Positions 23,201 through 33,979 are shown, numbered from the stretch's first letter. The stretch is 64,000 nucleotides of DNA from Perkinsela sp. CCAP 1560/9 (GCA_965644495.1 CBFFSA010000015.1:249929-313928); one strand, 5' to 3'. Translations and numbers: made by a program. The notes: generated by a model from the letters alone, not told the origin.

Positions 23201-24291
23201 GAACGTTCCTTTGATCTTGATGTAATCGAAGGCGACAGTATAAGAAAAACACCTTGAGAATTCCCGCATATTTTTTCTGATCCGTACCCCGGCCAACGAT
23301 CAAGTAGCTCACCATGAGTGGCGTCCCAACAATAGGTTGTTTCCTGAGTGCTACTCCAAAACCGTCGAGTTTTTGCCTCGAAATACATAGCCACAGTACG
23401 AGGAGCATATCCAGGGGCGGAAATCACGCGACACAATTGTCCTTCGGCACCCCAGGCCATCAGACTTCCATCATGTCCTGCTGACCAGACTTGTTGTTCG
23501 GTAGAAACGTAATGCAGAAGTTCCGGTTCAAATCGAGTCTCAATTTTACGAAAGCATTTGCGAAATTTCGTATCCCAGAGACGAAGTGTGCGATCCCTTC
23601 CTCCAGTCCAAACGTGCAACGATCTCCCCTTTACATGCCCTTGACCACGAAAAGAATAATTAGCAGAGGTAATGGCTGAGACTGCAAAGCGATGAGCGTT
23701 GCACGACTCGATAAGTGCACAATTTTGTGCCCCCCAAACAGTAACGGACCCACTGCGCATTCCGCACCATATTTCAGATGAACGCTCTTTTCCCGTGTCT
23801 TCTGTGTATAGAGAAGTTCCCGTTGCATGTTCTTTGTAGCATACAATGCAAGCAACCAGAACGACATCCTTCAGACGAGGAAGAGCATTGTGATCAACCT
23901 TTGGTGCTGCGTGGTGTGGTAATTTCATAATTTCTTCTGTTTGATTTACGGAAAAGCATTGCAACTTACCATTCCGACCGGTTGCCCAGAAACAATTAAG
24001 GGAACTACAGAGGAGAGTAGTGACGTCTGACCCAGCGGAAATAGGACAAGAACAGATCTCGGAGACAGGAGTCACTGGTTCTTCTGTTGCACCTATACTA
24101 CGCAAAACTCTTTTATCCCCATGTTTCAGTTGTGCGTTGTCATTCAAGCCAACAAAAGTTTTTTTTGAGTGGGGTATGCCGTCAGTGAAAGAATTTTCGT
24201 CCTTGACTGTTGATTCATTCATCACACTATTAGGACCGAGTCCCCACCCACCACCAGTACATACACCATCAAGAGGAAGTGAAGGAATCAT
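20203..24291 (-). CDS. Large protein with N-terminal WD40 repeats
   Basis: VWTGGRDRTLRLWD, VWSAGHDGSLMAWG, IWCGMRSGSVTVWG; first ATG at 24291. Confidence 0.75.
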   Translation of the reverse strand: MIPSLPLDGVCTGGGWGLGPNSVMNESTVKDENSFTDGIPHSKKTFVGLNDNAQLKHGDKRVLRSIGATEEPVTPVSEICSCPISAGSDVTTLLCSSLNCFWATGRNGKLQCFSVNQTEEIMKLPHHAAPKVDHNALPRLKDVVLVACIVCYKEHATGTSLYTEDTGKERSSEIWCGMRSGSVTVWGAQNCALIESCNAHRFAVSAITSANYSFRGQGHVKGRSLHVWTGGRDRTLRLWDTKFRKCFRKIETRFEPELLHYVSTEQQVWSAGHDGSLMAWGAEGQLCRVISAPGYAPRTVAMYFEAKTRRFWSSTQETTYCWDATHGELLDRWPGYGSEKICGNSQGVFLILSPSITSRSKERSILSSGQMCPNGSCVIFVTNSPEIFDATVVATVKPYRDVLSVGDCALHLVGLSQASAHLTRFQIMSLPGEAVDSHSFLKDHIYHEKPQQEQCASSLKEHEDSKTTNSTDHSPNPAPVNEKHSKEATALSGLDSMSSHASVKQDSTTFACVVQPSLKVAEQRHSASSSLRALIPPPPSFESIQLIPLPDSSVIEAQNSSKFSKLLFASENEIVEMNSTTNSEVTDSFLHGENVQTFLLMHKLDLNSAKETEDKSHSPVKIESTTVETRSCDETSVSRSVIDVDESFTASVNHEGALSTVKPVSDISLMQDGCVECLSRIEDKLDLFLSTHSTAKIIPMSRQSSSNTELITKHKDSTLLQNTNSTADKVALLDMLILHEYSQILRDLLDSRSKQSEIQNFVEDNHCDHDNFQCLPLPPDSFSTSEAALTAQTLYELVKASFCKKSFETSSMQLQVCTNSQDVSIQTDTKEDLLTIYDRNQNVEQLPKAAITVGTQWGDSHFEESKKDKTSTFNTQCFDTLTSAYTNTNISKSTLGNQSTDNPLDPELLSLIRPLHEWFHCYKNQANSNHERSTNLTHKFRNEDFDPLAQTMCSALSLELSDSEDDTDPVGTERTENLVDDRSMVGTDFNNEIHSPIPELTTESGDDGLSFTRIGSIEEFSTSAVASPPQVVLDNLKEFLVCHVESVLRQLPQVVSLDELTKTPFNNPKDERIGRLLFLLPVLLWLRLAQFALERFAQFLGGATKDSGIYSESSAVQCLNENDILHNNITSEYTENNIDRDEATEFLLKLVGDLDFTVETTESKVEFLLKEHHTLPLHELTKQTISEPFGDGSFEEFSTMTGAEVNELSNSRFSILSSSDFGEMYHLLLPIDRWCSILRQMYAAEEEYENHIPKARLEQCLQLVNLIRTIPIDEFDTLNSLFVYVISTLGKVLVFDYPEILTNSQSQVEEWPFLEHFDATEHSSLHENTKLFSLIDGFVMLRAKLTSLKINSFPEEQGTLVY

Positions 24292-24674
24292 CGATGCAAG
24301 GCTTCGACGTGGTTCACAAGGAATAGAGAATTTCACGCAGACTCAAAAAGAGGTATTTCCGTCCGTTTATTGACATAAAACGTAGTTCCAAAATAATAAA
24401 GATTTATTTTCTGAGTTAAAAAATGATACTTACAAGAATACAATTAGCACCAATAAGGAACAGAAGCTTTACAAAACATAAAGTGTATTTGACTGCCGAA
24501 GACGATATCTTGACATTCTTTCGTAGTATGTATAAAAAAGTGATTCTATAAATCAGTAGAGCACAAATTTATCAGCCGAAGGTGTGCTCTGATGATTTCC
24601 TTAAAATCCTTCTTCAGTGCATCATAAGCTTCACATTACTACTCCCTTTCATGTCGCCATGGTAGCTGCTTCGT

Positions 24675-24902
24675 CAAAAAGAGGTGGCTGTTGGTAAACT
24701 GGGCTTCGTAAATTTCTTCCCACTAACGACGTCGCGTATGGCTCAGGCCCGCTCACGCGGACCCTCGCCATACCACCACCTCCGGCTTTGCATATTGCTT
24801 CCCACTAAGGACGCCTTTTATGCAAAATTACGGGCACCGGGTTCGAACCAGCGACCAACGCAAGTACTAATGTGTGGTATGTTCCACTGGACCAATCCGT
24901 CC
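24675..24902 (-). ncRNA. tRNA-like head plus structured body ending in TTTTT (candidate Pol III RNA or SINE)
   Basis: Minus strand: TGGTCCAGTGG (A box), GGTTCGAACCC (B box), then GAGGTGG...GTATGGC..GGTCCGC-GTGA-GCGGGCC..GCCATAC...CCACCTC-TTTTT. Confidence 0.4.
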
Positions 24903-24954
24903 AGATATCGTGGAGCCATGCTTCTCGGCTCCTTCCTATGCAGCCATACGAATT

Positions 24955-25030
24955 TTTTTTTAGTGGGAATCGAACCCAACCACTTTAGATAGAGTCACTG
25001 GGCCTAACGACTAGGCTAATCACACCCCAT
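24955..25030 (-). pseudogene. Degenerate tRNA-like sequence
   Basis: Minus strand TAGCCTAGTCGTTAGG...GGGTTCGATTCCCAC followed by an A run. Confidence 0.4.
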
Positions 25031-25659
25031 GGCCAAAATGAAGGATTCCTAGCATGCCCTTTATCGACCATACCCCCTTTTTTTAAGAATTTCTCACCTG
25101 CCTCACCTCACCCTGCACACAATAGAAAAGAAAGAGGCAGAGTAAACTTTAGCCTCCCATTTAAGAAGCCACCTCGTTTTCCGTGAAAAGTGCGCTTAAA
25201 TGGAGGGGCTTAAATATTCAAAAGAAAGGGCAACCTCTATTTTTTTGTTGAAGAAACGTAAGAACTACCGAAAAAGAGTTTTTTTTGGTGCACATGAACC
25301 TTTGTAAATTCATAAAAACGAGAAAATTTCTCGCCGCCCGAACTTATAAAAAGTTATGAAAGTGGGAGTACTTCTAATTGCGGTGGTCGTATGTCTACAG
25401 CTCTACCCTCGATTACTGGAAAAAAGTGTAGTAAGCTGATTGCTATTCCGCAATACAATGGGAGTCTGAACTTCCAACCTTAATTTCGGTATCAAACCAA
25501 TTAATGCACACCAATTAATGCACACTTTTTGAAAAAAAAACAAGACCAAGAGGAATGTACATGTAATTACTCGGCGATATTCCCAAAGAGGCATTACCAA
25601 GTAATTGATTCTATGACCATGAAGAAAGCAATTTTTGAAACACAAATAAGATATATTTC

Positions 25660-26196
25660 TCATACTTCGATATTTGTTTTCTTTCCGGGAGTGATACGCA
25701 TCTTTAATGCAGGCTTTTTCTTTACCACGTCAGTCACTGCGGCGCGAATTGTCTCTTCTGCTAGCATGGAGCAGTGCAATTTCACGGGAGGCAGAGACAA
25801 CTCAGCGGCAATCTCCCTGTTCGTGATTGACAGGGCATCCTCAATTTTCATTCCAATAATTTTTTCTGTAGCCAGCGAGCTTGAGGCCATGGCGGAACCG
25901 CACCCAAATGTTTTAAATGTAGCATTAGTAATGGTCCCATCGTCATCTACCTTGACTTGCATTTGCATCAAATCCCCACATTCGGGGGCTCCGCATAGAC
26001 CTGTGCCCACGTCCGGTGAAGATTTGTCCATGTTGCCAACGTTGCGCGGGTGAGCATAGTGATCTATAACCTTTTCACTGTACTTCGTTCGTGTGGGGGT
26101 AATATACAGTCGACGATGTATGGCAGCGGACGCGGAAACAGAAAACCGAAACGAGCGCCTAGCGGCGAGAGAGAACTGCCCTACGCAACGTCTCAT
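25660..26196 (-). CDS. ISCU: Mitochondrial Fe-S scaffold protein IscU/Isu
   Basis: YSEKVIDHY.HPRNVG, GAPECGDLM, FKTFGCGSA, LPPVKLHCS; Arg-rich presequence. Confidence 0.97.
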   Translation of the reverse strand: MRRCVGQFSLAARRSFRFSVSASAAIHRRLYITPTRTKYSEKVIDHYAHPRNVGNMDKSSPDVGTGLCGAPECGDLMQMQVKVDDDGTITNATFKTFGCGSAMASSSLATEKIIGMKIEDALSITNREIAAELSLPPVKLHCSMLAEETIRAAVTDVVKKKPALKMRITPGKKTNIEV

Positions 26197-26391
26197 AAAA
26201 ACTTAAATAAAGCAAATGATCTACGTGTATTATGGTTCAATAGAAAACGTTGTATTTACGACCTGTATATCCAGTACGTAATAACCAAAGAATTTCCAGA
26301 TTCCAAATGAGATACTCGTTCTCGACACAATCAACGCCTCAAGCAGGAGCCGAAAACTATACAATAACACAACACACGCAAGAAAGAACTA

Positions 26392-27444
26392 CTAAAACGG
26401 GCGGTGAAAACTGTACATCATACCCTGGCCCGTAAGCCACGTGTTTTTCATCCTTAAATCCTGGACGTGGGCGACGTAATCCCGGCTGTCGGCGTATCGT
26501 GGCATCAGTCCCTCTGTCACCCAATACCTCGGGGCCCTGTCAGAGGTGAGATCGGGTCGCTGACCGGAGCCCTGGCAGTCGATCGTGAGCCCTTCATCCA
26601 GCACCGACATCTCTGAGATAACCTCGTGGGTACGAAGGGCACGAAAAGAGTTGGGGGGAATTTGTGGCACCGCCACCCCGGCTGGGGGTGTGAGATTGTA
26701 AGGGGGAATAAAAGGCATCACCTTACCCGGAGGGGTAGGCGGCACGGCACGGGACACGGAGTCTGGGGCGCGAGAGGCGCTGTCTCGGTGTTCACGCCGG
26801 AGATTACGCATCGCACGCTCCACCTCACGACGGAACTCGTCCGCCTCGAATCCATAGACCCCGCGGGTGGGGGCACCGCGACGGAGCGCGGCGTGCATGT
26901 CCAGAATCACGTGGTGAGGTTCGCGACCCATAAACGCACGACGGAAGATATCCGCTGAGCGGCGGGTAGAGACCCGCGAGGGGCGGGGGGAAGAGGGAGT
27001 CTCGGCGCCGAATGAGACTCCTGGGGAGGTCCCCGTGGGACTCTGCTTGCGATAGTATACGTGAAAGGCCTTGTATACGTTATATCGGTGCCAGATTGAC
27101 TCCTCGCTGACGGTTGAGTCGTGTGACGGATCAGGTGTGGAGGCCGTAGTGGTCGGGGGAGGCGCGAAACGCTGTCGAGCCTTATTGTATCGCGACCTCT
27201 CCCGTGTATTTCGAAGACACTGATAGGCCTCTGTGACGGCACGAAAACAACGTTCCGAATCCTCTTTTTCTGATGGGGAGGCAAGGTCAGGGTGACTCTG
27301 AAGCGCAATGCGGCGGTAGGCCACTTTGATTTCCTCTCCAGTGGCCTCCGGTTTCACTCCAAGTCGGTCATAGTAGTCTGTCATGTTGTACAGAGCTAGA
27401 TGCGAGGCGTCAGCCGTGCGAAGACCTCGGGAAGCAAAAAGCAT
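26392..27444 (-). CDS. J-domain (DnaJ type III) protein, probably mitochondrial
   Basis: DYYDRLGV...IKVAYRRIALQSHPD...F..VTEAYQCL; ATG at 27444. Confidence 0.9.
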   Translation of the reverse strand: MLFASRGLRTADASHLALYNMTDYYDRLGVKPEATGEEIKVAYRRIALQSHPDLASPSEKEDSERCFRAVTEAYQCLRNTRERSRYNKARQRFAPPPTTTASTPDPSHDSTVSEESIWHRYNVYKAFHVYYRKQSPTGTSPGVSFGAETPSSPRPSRVSTRRSADIFRRAFMGREPHHVILDMHAALRRGAPTRGVYGFEADEFRREVERAMRNLRREHRDSASRAPDSVSRAVPPTPPGKVMPFIPPYNLTPPAGVAVPQIPPNSFRALRTHEVISEMSVLDEGLTIDCQGSGQRPDLTSDRAPRYWVTEGLMPRYADSRDYVAHVQDLRMKNTWLTGQGMMYSFHRPF

Positions 27445-27591
27445 ATAAAGGTAAGAAGAAGAATGAATCACCCTAAGCTCAGTTATTGTAATCTTCGCTC
27501 AAAAATTAACGAAGTAAAAATGAATAGAAATTTAACTACTGCGATATCAAGTAGTGCAGTAATTAATTTTTAAATACTACCCGTGTTGTCT

Positions 27592-27864
27592 TTATAGACG
27601 AAAAAATATTTGGTACAAAGGATACAAAAGAAAGAATACGAAGGCAACAAAGGAAAACGGCTCCGCGTCAAGAAGTACGTTGGACACCAAGATGCCAAGT
27701 TTGCCTTTTAGAGGGGTATATGAAGCTGAACACTCCTGTACAATGGCGTAAACTCCACTGTGAGAATCTCTTGAAGCCGTGAAAGCTCTAAGAAATGTCT
27801 TGTAAGCTTGTGTTGTCATTGAAAGTACCATAAAAATCGACGCCATCGAGAAAGTAACTCTCAT
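27592..27864 (-). CDS. Possible small hydrophobic protein
   Basis: 90-aa ATG ORF on the coding strand with hydrophobic ends; no motif recognised. Confidence 0.25.
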   Translation of the reverse strand: MRVTFSMASIFMVLSMTTQAYKTFLRAFTASRDSHSGVYAIVQECSASYTPLKGKLGILVSNVLLDAEPFSFVAFVFFLLYPLYQIFFRL

Positions 27865-27884
27865 TTACTCCCCAGTTGCCAAAT

Positions 27885-28643
27885 TTACATCATGCGGCCT
27901 CCAATACTCTTCCAATCTAATTCGAATGATGTCTTCTTTCCAAAAATCTTTTTGTACACCTTTCTTTTCGACACCCTCTTTTTTATTACTTTTTCAGTTG
28001 CACCTGCTCTTAAATCTGATTTTACCGACCTTAAGTTCCGACGAAATCTGGTGTTCTTTTTTCTCAGAAGAAACTTTTTTCTTGATTTTGAAACGATGTT
28101 AGGTATCTTGGAATTTTGGCATAATCGTATACATTTGGGCTTTCTCACTATTTTTCTTGGCCTTCCACTCTTTTTTGGTGATGTTGGAACGATGATAGGT
28201 GTCTCGGAATTTCGACTTGGTTGTCCATATTTAAGCTCTTTAAATATTTTTCTTGGTCTTCCCCTCTTCGCCTTTGGAAGTTCTGTTACGTACTGCTTTT
28301 TGAAGGACATCGATTTGTTTTCTGACCCTATTCTTTCGTGCACTTTCTTTCCTTCCTTTTTTTGGCGATTTTGGCGATCACATTTCACCGTTTTTTTCCC
28401 TAGTGGGGGAGCGTTATTTTCAGTACGAGTGGCAGATCTCTTGATTTTTCTTTGAATTCTAAACCCGTTGAACAGATGCTGGATGGACATGTGAGCACGT
28501 AGTGCTAGTGAGGAGTCTGGGCCTTGTTCCGCTAGCTGTGAAATTTGTTGCAGCATAGATTTTCCATGTTCCTTTTGTTGAAATTCCGGATGGTAGGTAC
28601 CTTTGGATACCAAGCGTAGTTGCATTACTGCTCGTCGTAACAT
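27885..28643 (-). CDS. Basic AT-hook-containing protein with a mitochondrial-type presequence (candidate kDNA-binding protein)
   Basis: MLRRAVMQLRL start, KRGRPRK and KSGRPRK, very Lys/Arg-rich. Confidence 0.6.
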   Translation of the reverse strand: MLRRAVMQLRLVSKGTYHPEFQQKEHGKSMLQQISQLAEQGPDSSLALRAHMSIQHLFNGFRIQRKIKRSATRTENNAPPLGKKTVKCDRQNRQKKEGKKVHERIGSENKSMSFKKQYVTELPKAKRGRPRKIFKELKYGQPSRNSETPIIVPTSPKKSGRPRKIVRKPKCIRLCQNSKIPNIVSKSRKKFLLRKKNTRFRRNLRSVKSDLRAGATEKVIKKRVSKRKVYKKIFGKKTSFELDWKSIGGRMM

Positions 28644-30391
28644 TAGCTTACAAGTACGCGTTCAAAAAAGAATCTTGTCAGCTAAACGTGTAGAACTACT
28701 ATTTGGAAATATTTTTTGGAACAAGAGGTCACAAGAAGAACACCTAATTTAGAACAAGAGTCATATTTTGCTGTAAAGCAGTGACAGATAACTAGGGGGC
28801 GTGTCATAACCGATATGTAAGGGGTGTAACTACAGTACAGGTGCGACATACAGTGGTCGTCACCAATCCGAGAGTCACGAAAATGAGAATGACCCTCAGA
28901 AAAATGACAAATTATCGTGTCAACGTTCAACTCAAAAAACGCCTTGAAAATGAGAATGGATCAAAGTGATGTTGTGCTAATCCGGGCCTCTAAAAAGAGG
29001 CATCTGCACAAAAATTCAGCTACGGCAGTGGTGGGGGTGATGACCTTGCCGGAGGGGAGACGTTCTTTTTTTGGGTTCTCTGGATCGAAATCTCAGCGTC
29101 TAGGCATTATGGTTTTTAAAAGAATTTGTTTTTAAAAGAATTTAGCATTTTTTTTGAGGCCATTGTCGACTACGACAGGGCCATAATAGGAAAAAGTAAT
29201 CAAAAATGAAGAGTTCCTTCACACAAAAGAAAGATAATAATGATCTTTCACCACAGTAATTTAATCACTGCAGTGACGTGAGGTTGGCGCAGAGATACAT
29301 GTACATGATGTATTCTACTTGTACATGATGTATGTCTCTCGGTGTGACGGCCGATATCATCGGCGCATAACCCGCATATGACGGATATCACACGGAGAGT
29401 GGAGTGCGAGGTGAGACGAGTCGCCCATCGGTCATGCTACATCACGTATAGCCATGGTTCATGTTGCAACACGGTAAAGCCGTGGATTCATGCCGTCAGA
29501 TGGTCTATTGTGGGACATGATGCATCATGAGGAGGTCCGTTACTGCCGCACTCGCCACATCATGTAGGGAGATAGGGGTGCAAGTTCGCATCCCCTATAC
29601 ACGCATACAACGTGTCCTCCCGCTGTAGCACGCCCAGTGGTCCTCAAGGGGGGGCACCATGGGGCACCCCATGGAGCTCCCGGGAGAAGAAAGCGCGAGA
29701 AGGAGAGAGCCTGGGAGGGGTGAAGAGTCCGAAGTGCGTTCCCTACTTTCACGACTAAGAGGGACAGAACAAGGATGAGACTGATTCGTTTTCTTGATGG
29801 AGATAAACGTTGCCTTCATGTTACATAAATGAAAATGGAATTCGCGTAAGATAGGGGAAAAAGAAAATTGAAAGTGGAACGCAAGTTTCAGGTAAGGGAA
29901 AGCTATCAGTAAAAACGCAAATTATGAAGCCTGTAGATGAAAATTTAAAGTAGAATTCGTAGCGAAATAGAATTCTTAGTTGCAAAAGATAACGTATTGA
30001 CGTTGTTGGAGCTTTAAGGAAAGTTATGTCAACCAATATACATTGTAATATAAAGGGAATATGTTCTTTAGAGGAATGTTCACAAATAAGTCAAGCAAAG
30101 TTTTGGTAGTGCTAGAAATGCATTGTGTAAGATAATTTTATTTCCATGTGTTGAGACCGTATGTTTTTCGGTATTGAGGATTGCAGCATGATGGTATCTA
30201 TTGGCGTAGTAAACTTATAACAAATATGCGCGCATGGGTTAATCGAACTCGACTATGATAATTTTGCAGCGTATTCTTCGAAATTTCGTAATTCACTCAT
30301 ATGTGATAACCAACCCTTTCGGTGACAATCTATTGATTTGTACGATGTAAAAAAACTATCTGCTTCATTCTATTCCTTGTTTCCTCCTGGA

Positions 30392-30958
30392 TTAGTAACC
30401 ACGTCCTCGTCCGCGACCGCCGCGACGCATGCCACGTCCCCCGCGCCCTCCTCGGCTTCCACGACTTCCGCTGCCCTCATATCCCGTCCACGGACCCTCT
30501 CGAGGAGGACCACGGGGTCGCGGGGGTCCAGAGGAACGGCGGGGGTCCTCCTCGTCCGGGACCACTAGCTCCGCAGGCAGAGGGGACTGATACCCCGGGT
30601 GGGTCTTCTTCAGCGGTTTCTTCGAGAGCTTGATGCTGATCACGGAGCGCTTACGTTCACGTCCCTGGGTATTCGCCCCTTCCTCGTCCTCACTAGCAGC
30701 ATCGTAGACGGTCTCGCTGGAGATGTCAGTAACTTGGTGGAGTCCCGCGACGCGACGCTTTACGATCTCGGAGACGTTGACAGCAATGTAGATGGCACGT
30801 CCCATGCCGCGGATGGTGACCTCATCGTAGACCGGGCCCTCCTCGCCGTCCACACCGGGGCCTCCTTCCAGCAGACGTCGGATGTATGTGATGTACGCCC
30901 GCAGGGGTCGGTGCACCGTCACGCGTACTTCATTCGGGGCAGAGTCGCGCTCAGACAT
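30392..30958 (-). CDS. ALBA: Alba-domain RNA-binding protein with an RGG tail (ALBA3/4-like)
   Basis: NEVRVT...YI...VTIRGMGRAI..AVNVSEIVKRRVAGLHQ...ISIKLSK..L..THPGYQ.P, then RGG repeats. Confidence 0.92.
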   Translation of the reverse strand: MSERDSAPNEVRVTVHRPLRAYITYIRRLLEGGPGVDGEEGPVYDEVTIRGMGRAIYIAVNVSEIVKRRVAGLHQVTDISSETVYDAASEDEEGANTQGRERKRSVISIKLSKKPLKKTHPGYQSPLPAELVVPDEEDPRRSSGPPRPRGPPREGPWTGYEGSGSRGSRGGRGGRGMRRGGRGRGRGY

Positions 30959-31678
30959 AGTGAGATAGGAAGAGAGTAGTAATAGAAGAAGAGTGGAATA
31001 GGTTGATAGTTTTAAAATTAGGTGGCGAGCTCGTAGGTTACAGAAAAAAAGTAGAAAGCAAGAAAAAAGGTAGAAATTTGCAAGTTTTACAAAATCAATA
31101 TCACATGCGGGAGTAATACTCTCGTTCGTATACTCAGTATACGAATTACACGCAAGTGTCTAGTAAGTTAAGTTTCTTTTAGAGGTCAACGTTTAGAAAA
31201 AATTGAATACGAAGCAAGAATATAATAATTCTGAAGTAGCGTAGAATTATGTTCTGCGAAAAGATATAAAAATAAAAATGAAAGCGGAGCAAGTCTGGTG
31301 GAAAGATAAAAGCGGGTATACATTACATTATTTTTAAAAATTACTACTACTTGCGTACTTACTGCTTGTATGGTTGTGAAAATTAGTTTCTAATTTTAGC
31401 AACAATAAAGGAATTTTAGCATAAATAATAGAACAGCAATAAATTATATATATTTATAATTTATATCTAATATAGCTATTTTCATACATACATGTATGAC
31501 ATGCATAACAGCCAGGTTTACTACATTTGTATTTTAGTTCGGTTATGCAATAAGCCTTGGTTGTATGTGTTACATACAAAGAGTAGCATGTTCTTTAATA
31601 ATACAACAAATTGTGTGTACATACAACAAATTGAAGAGAAAAAAATATCAAAACTTAAGAAGGTTTGTAGCAAGAAAA

Positions 31679-33979
31679 TCAAAAATCCATGAAAAAATCC
31701 AAATTTGATCCACTGTCAAGTCGCCGAGTTGCTTTTTTAAAATCTGGTGACGTTTTGCGCGAAGAGGCTTTAATCCGCCCCGGTGCGGGATGGCTTACTG
31801 ACGTAGCGGTGATTTTGGAAGTGACTGACGTGCTCAAGGGTTTATGGAGAATTTGCTTACTGACGTGATGAGTGGTTGCCGGCGTACGCATGGAAGCAAC
31901 ACGGTCTCTACGGTGTACGATAGGACGCAAGTTCGACGCTTCTGTCACACTTTTTCCGGATGCATAACCGTTGCCTATACTTTCTCGCCGCAAAGAATTA
32001 AGTCGCTTTTCTAAGTCGAGCTGCGTAACAGGCGTTTCTCGCTTTTCGGGCATAACTTCGGCTTTTGATGGGATTTGAAAAGTGATATTTTTCGATGAGT
32101 TAGATGCCATAGCGGGCGATGTCGTCTTTACTTTACGAATCTCGCTGGGACTGCGGAAAAGAGAACGAGCCGTGCTTATGGCTTGTGCTCGAAATGCAGA
32201 AGGAGAAGCTGATGCCTTGTTCTTGCAAATTGAATTCTTCTCTGGCAAAGCAGATTGTAGCCCAGCACCGACTTCAGGAGTCCGAGACAGGCTTGCAGCA
32301 GGGGGGGTCGGCGGTGGAATAGTAAAGTTGAGTTTAGGGGCATCCTTCTTTAAATTGTACGGTGGAACCACGGGAGCACCCGGGCATTCGATACAATCAC
32401 TTAATTTGTTTTGTTGCACGGATTCGAGCGATGTATCACACTTTGACTCTAGAAGTGCTGGACTTCGGATTCGCTTCTTCGTATAGTCAGAGACTTTGAT
32501 TGTGGGTACATGTTCTGTGAGTACTGACATTGCATTCGACTTCCCCAAACGTTTTTGAAGGATTTCTAGACTTTTCTTAACCTCACAATTTGCTTCCAGT
32601 GCGCTACGCTGTATGTTAAAGTTGCCTTTATAAAGGATAAGGCTTTCATGCTCCTCGTTTGAAATTTGAACACGTTCCTGAAACTCGCGTGAGAGCGTAA
32701 AGCTCACCTGGTTCATGTATTGCAGGGAAGACTGTGCTATCCACTCACGACAGTGCTCCTCTTCGCATCTCAGCCCAAACAGAATTCGCTGCATCTCTTT
32801 TTCCCTTCGCACTTCGCGCTTGCGTCTCAGCGCATCGCAATGTTTCTTGTGACAATTTAATTCAATTTTCTGCTGGGCACTATATTCTTCTTCCAATGAC
32901 TTCAGTTTCGCACTGCAATTTATAACAGCCTCTTGTTTATTGAATACATATCGCACGATGTGCAATAACTTTTTAGCGTTTTCAAAAGAAGCCTCCTGAG
33001 CTGTGCGAGAACTGTTGCATAGACCTCCAATTTGTTTTGACCATTTTTCTAGCACGCCTGACGTTAGCACTTTGTTAATCGTGTTCTCGAGAAAGATCAT
33101 CTCCTCATGACAACAGCTTTTCGTCGCCATCAAACTTTTGCAACGCTCTTCTTCGTGCGCGAGAGCCGTCCGTAGACAAAGCTGTTCATCCCTTTTCCCT
33201 TTAAGAGAAATCTCGAGATCTGCAATGTCCTCCTTTTTCAAAGTTCGTCTCTCAGGAAAATTTGAAATAAATTTTTGAAGGGGAATAGACTCACTCTGAA
33301 TGAGGTTAATTTCAGGGTAAATTACATCAGATGAAGAGAACTTATTTTCAGCTTTCACAGCGCCCCTCTCATTACCCTCGTGTAGGACCAATATAACTTT
33401 GTCAATTTTCCCCAATTCTTTATCCAAACCGTCGTTTCGGACCTTTTGCCTGTGCAGAGCTTCTGTGACACGTTTCACGTCGCACGTAAGAATAAGCTGA
33501 CTAAATTTCAACACCTGTAAATATTTAACAGCTTCAATAATATCTCTACGCTTTTCTTCCGCTCGGTGGTACTGCATTTTTTGATTTTGAATTTGAGACT
33601 CCAATTCCAAGGCAGAAAAAATCGTCATTATGTGCTGCACACGAGCTTCAGCGTTAGCTCGTAAGCTTTCAATGGAAGAACATATATTATGTGCTGCCTC
33701 GTCTTGTTCCATATGTACACTCAACTGCAGCTCCAACTTTGTAAGACTTTGCTGAGTCCGTTCACTGGAGAGCTTATTGTAATATATTCCCTCTTTAAGC
33801 TCATTACCTTTGCAGCATAGCTCTTCATGTAGATCCTGTGCCTTAAACAGAGCCTCACGAAACAGGCGGTTGAGGTTTCGAGACTTCAGTTCAATTTCTT
33901 CTTGAACCGCAGTTTGAGCAGCGTTTTGTTGCAGCAGACTGGTAGTACACTGTTCTAAAAACTGGAAACTGTTTAACAT
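31679..33979 (-). CDS. Hypothetical coiled-coil protein with a disordered Ser/Pro/Lys tail
   Basis: 766-aa ORF on the coding strand with an E/K/Q/L-rich N-terminal two-thirds. Confidence 0.7.
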   Translation of the reverse strand: MLNSFQFLEQCTTSLLQQNAAQTAVQEEIELKSRNLNRLFREALFKAQDLHEELCCKGNELKEGIYYNKLSSERTQQSLTKLELQLSVHMEQDEAAHNICSSIESLRANAEARVQHIMTIFSALELESQIQNQKMQYHRAEEKRRDIIEAVKYLQVLKFSQLILTCDVKRVTEALHRQKVRNDGLDKELGKIDKVILVLHEGNERGAVKAENKFSSSDVIYPEINLIQSESIPLQKFISNFPERRTLKKEDIADLEISLKGKRDEQLCLRTALAHEEERCKSLMATKSCCHEEMIFLENTINKVLTSGVLEKWSKQIGGLCNSSRTAQEASFENAKKLLHIVRYVFNKQEAVINCSAKLKSLEEEYSAQQKIELNCHKKHCDALRRKREVRREKEMQRILFGLRCEEEHCREWIAQSSLQYMNQVSFTLSREFQERVQISNEEHESLILYKGNFNIQRSALEANCEVKKSLEILQKRLGKSNAMSVLTEHVPTIKVSDYTKKRIRSPALLESKCDTSLESVQQNKLSDCIECPGAPVVPPYNLKKDAPKLNFTIPPPTPPAASLSRTPEVGAGLQSALPEKNSICKNKASASPSAFRAQAISTARSLFRSPSEIRKVKTTSPAMASNSSKNITFQIPSKAEVMPEKRETPVTQLDLEKRLNSLRRESIGNGYASGKSVTEASNLRPIVHRRDRVASMRTPATTHHVSKQILHKPLSTSVTSKITATSVSHPAPGRIKASSRKTSPDFKKATRRLDSGSNLDFFMDF

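Noticed and set aside
24545-24630. Possible C/D snoRNA (minus-strand ATGATGC...CTGA)
   Set aside because: Imperfect C box and no rRNA-complementary guide that I can verify.
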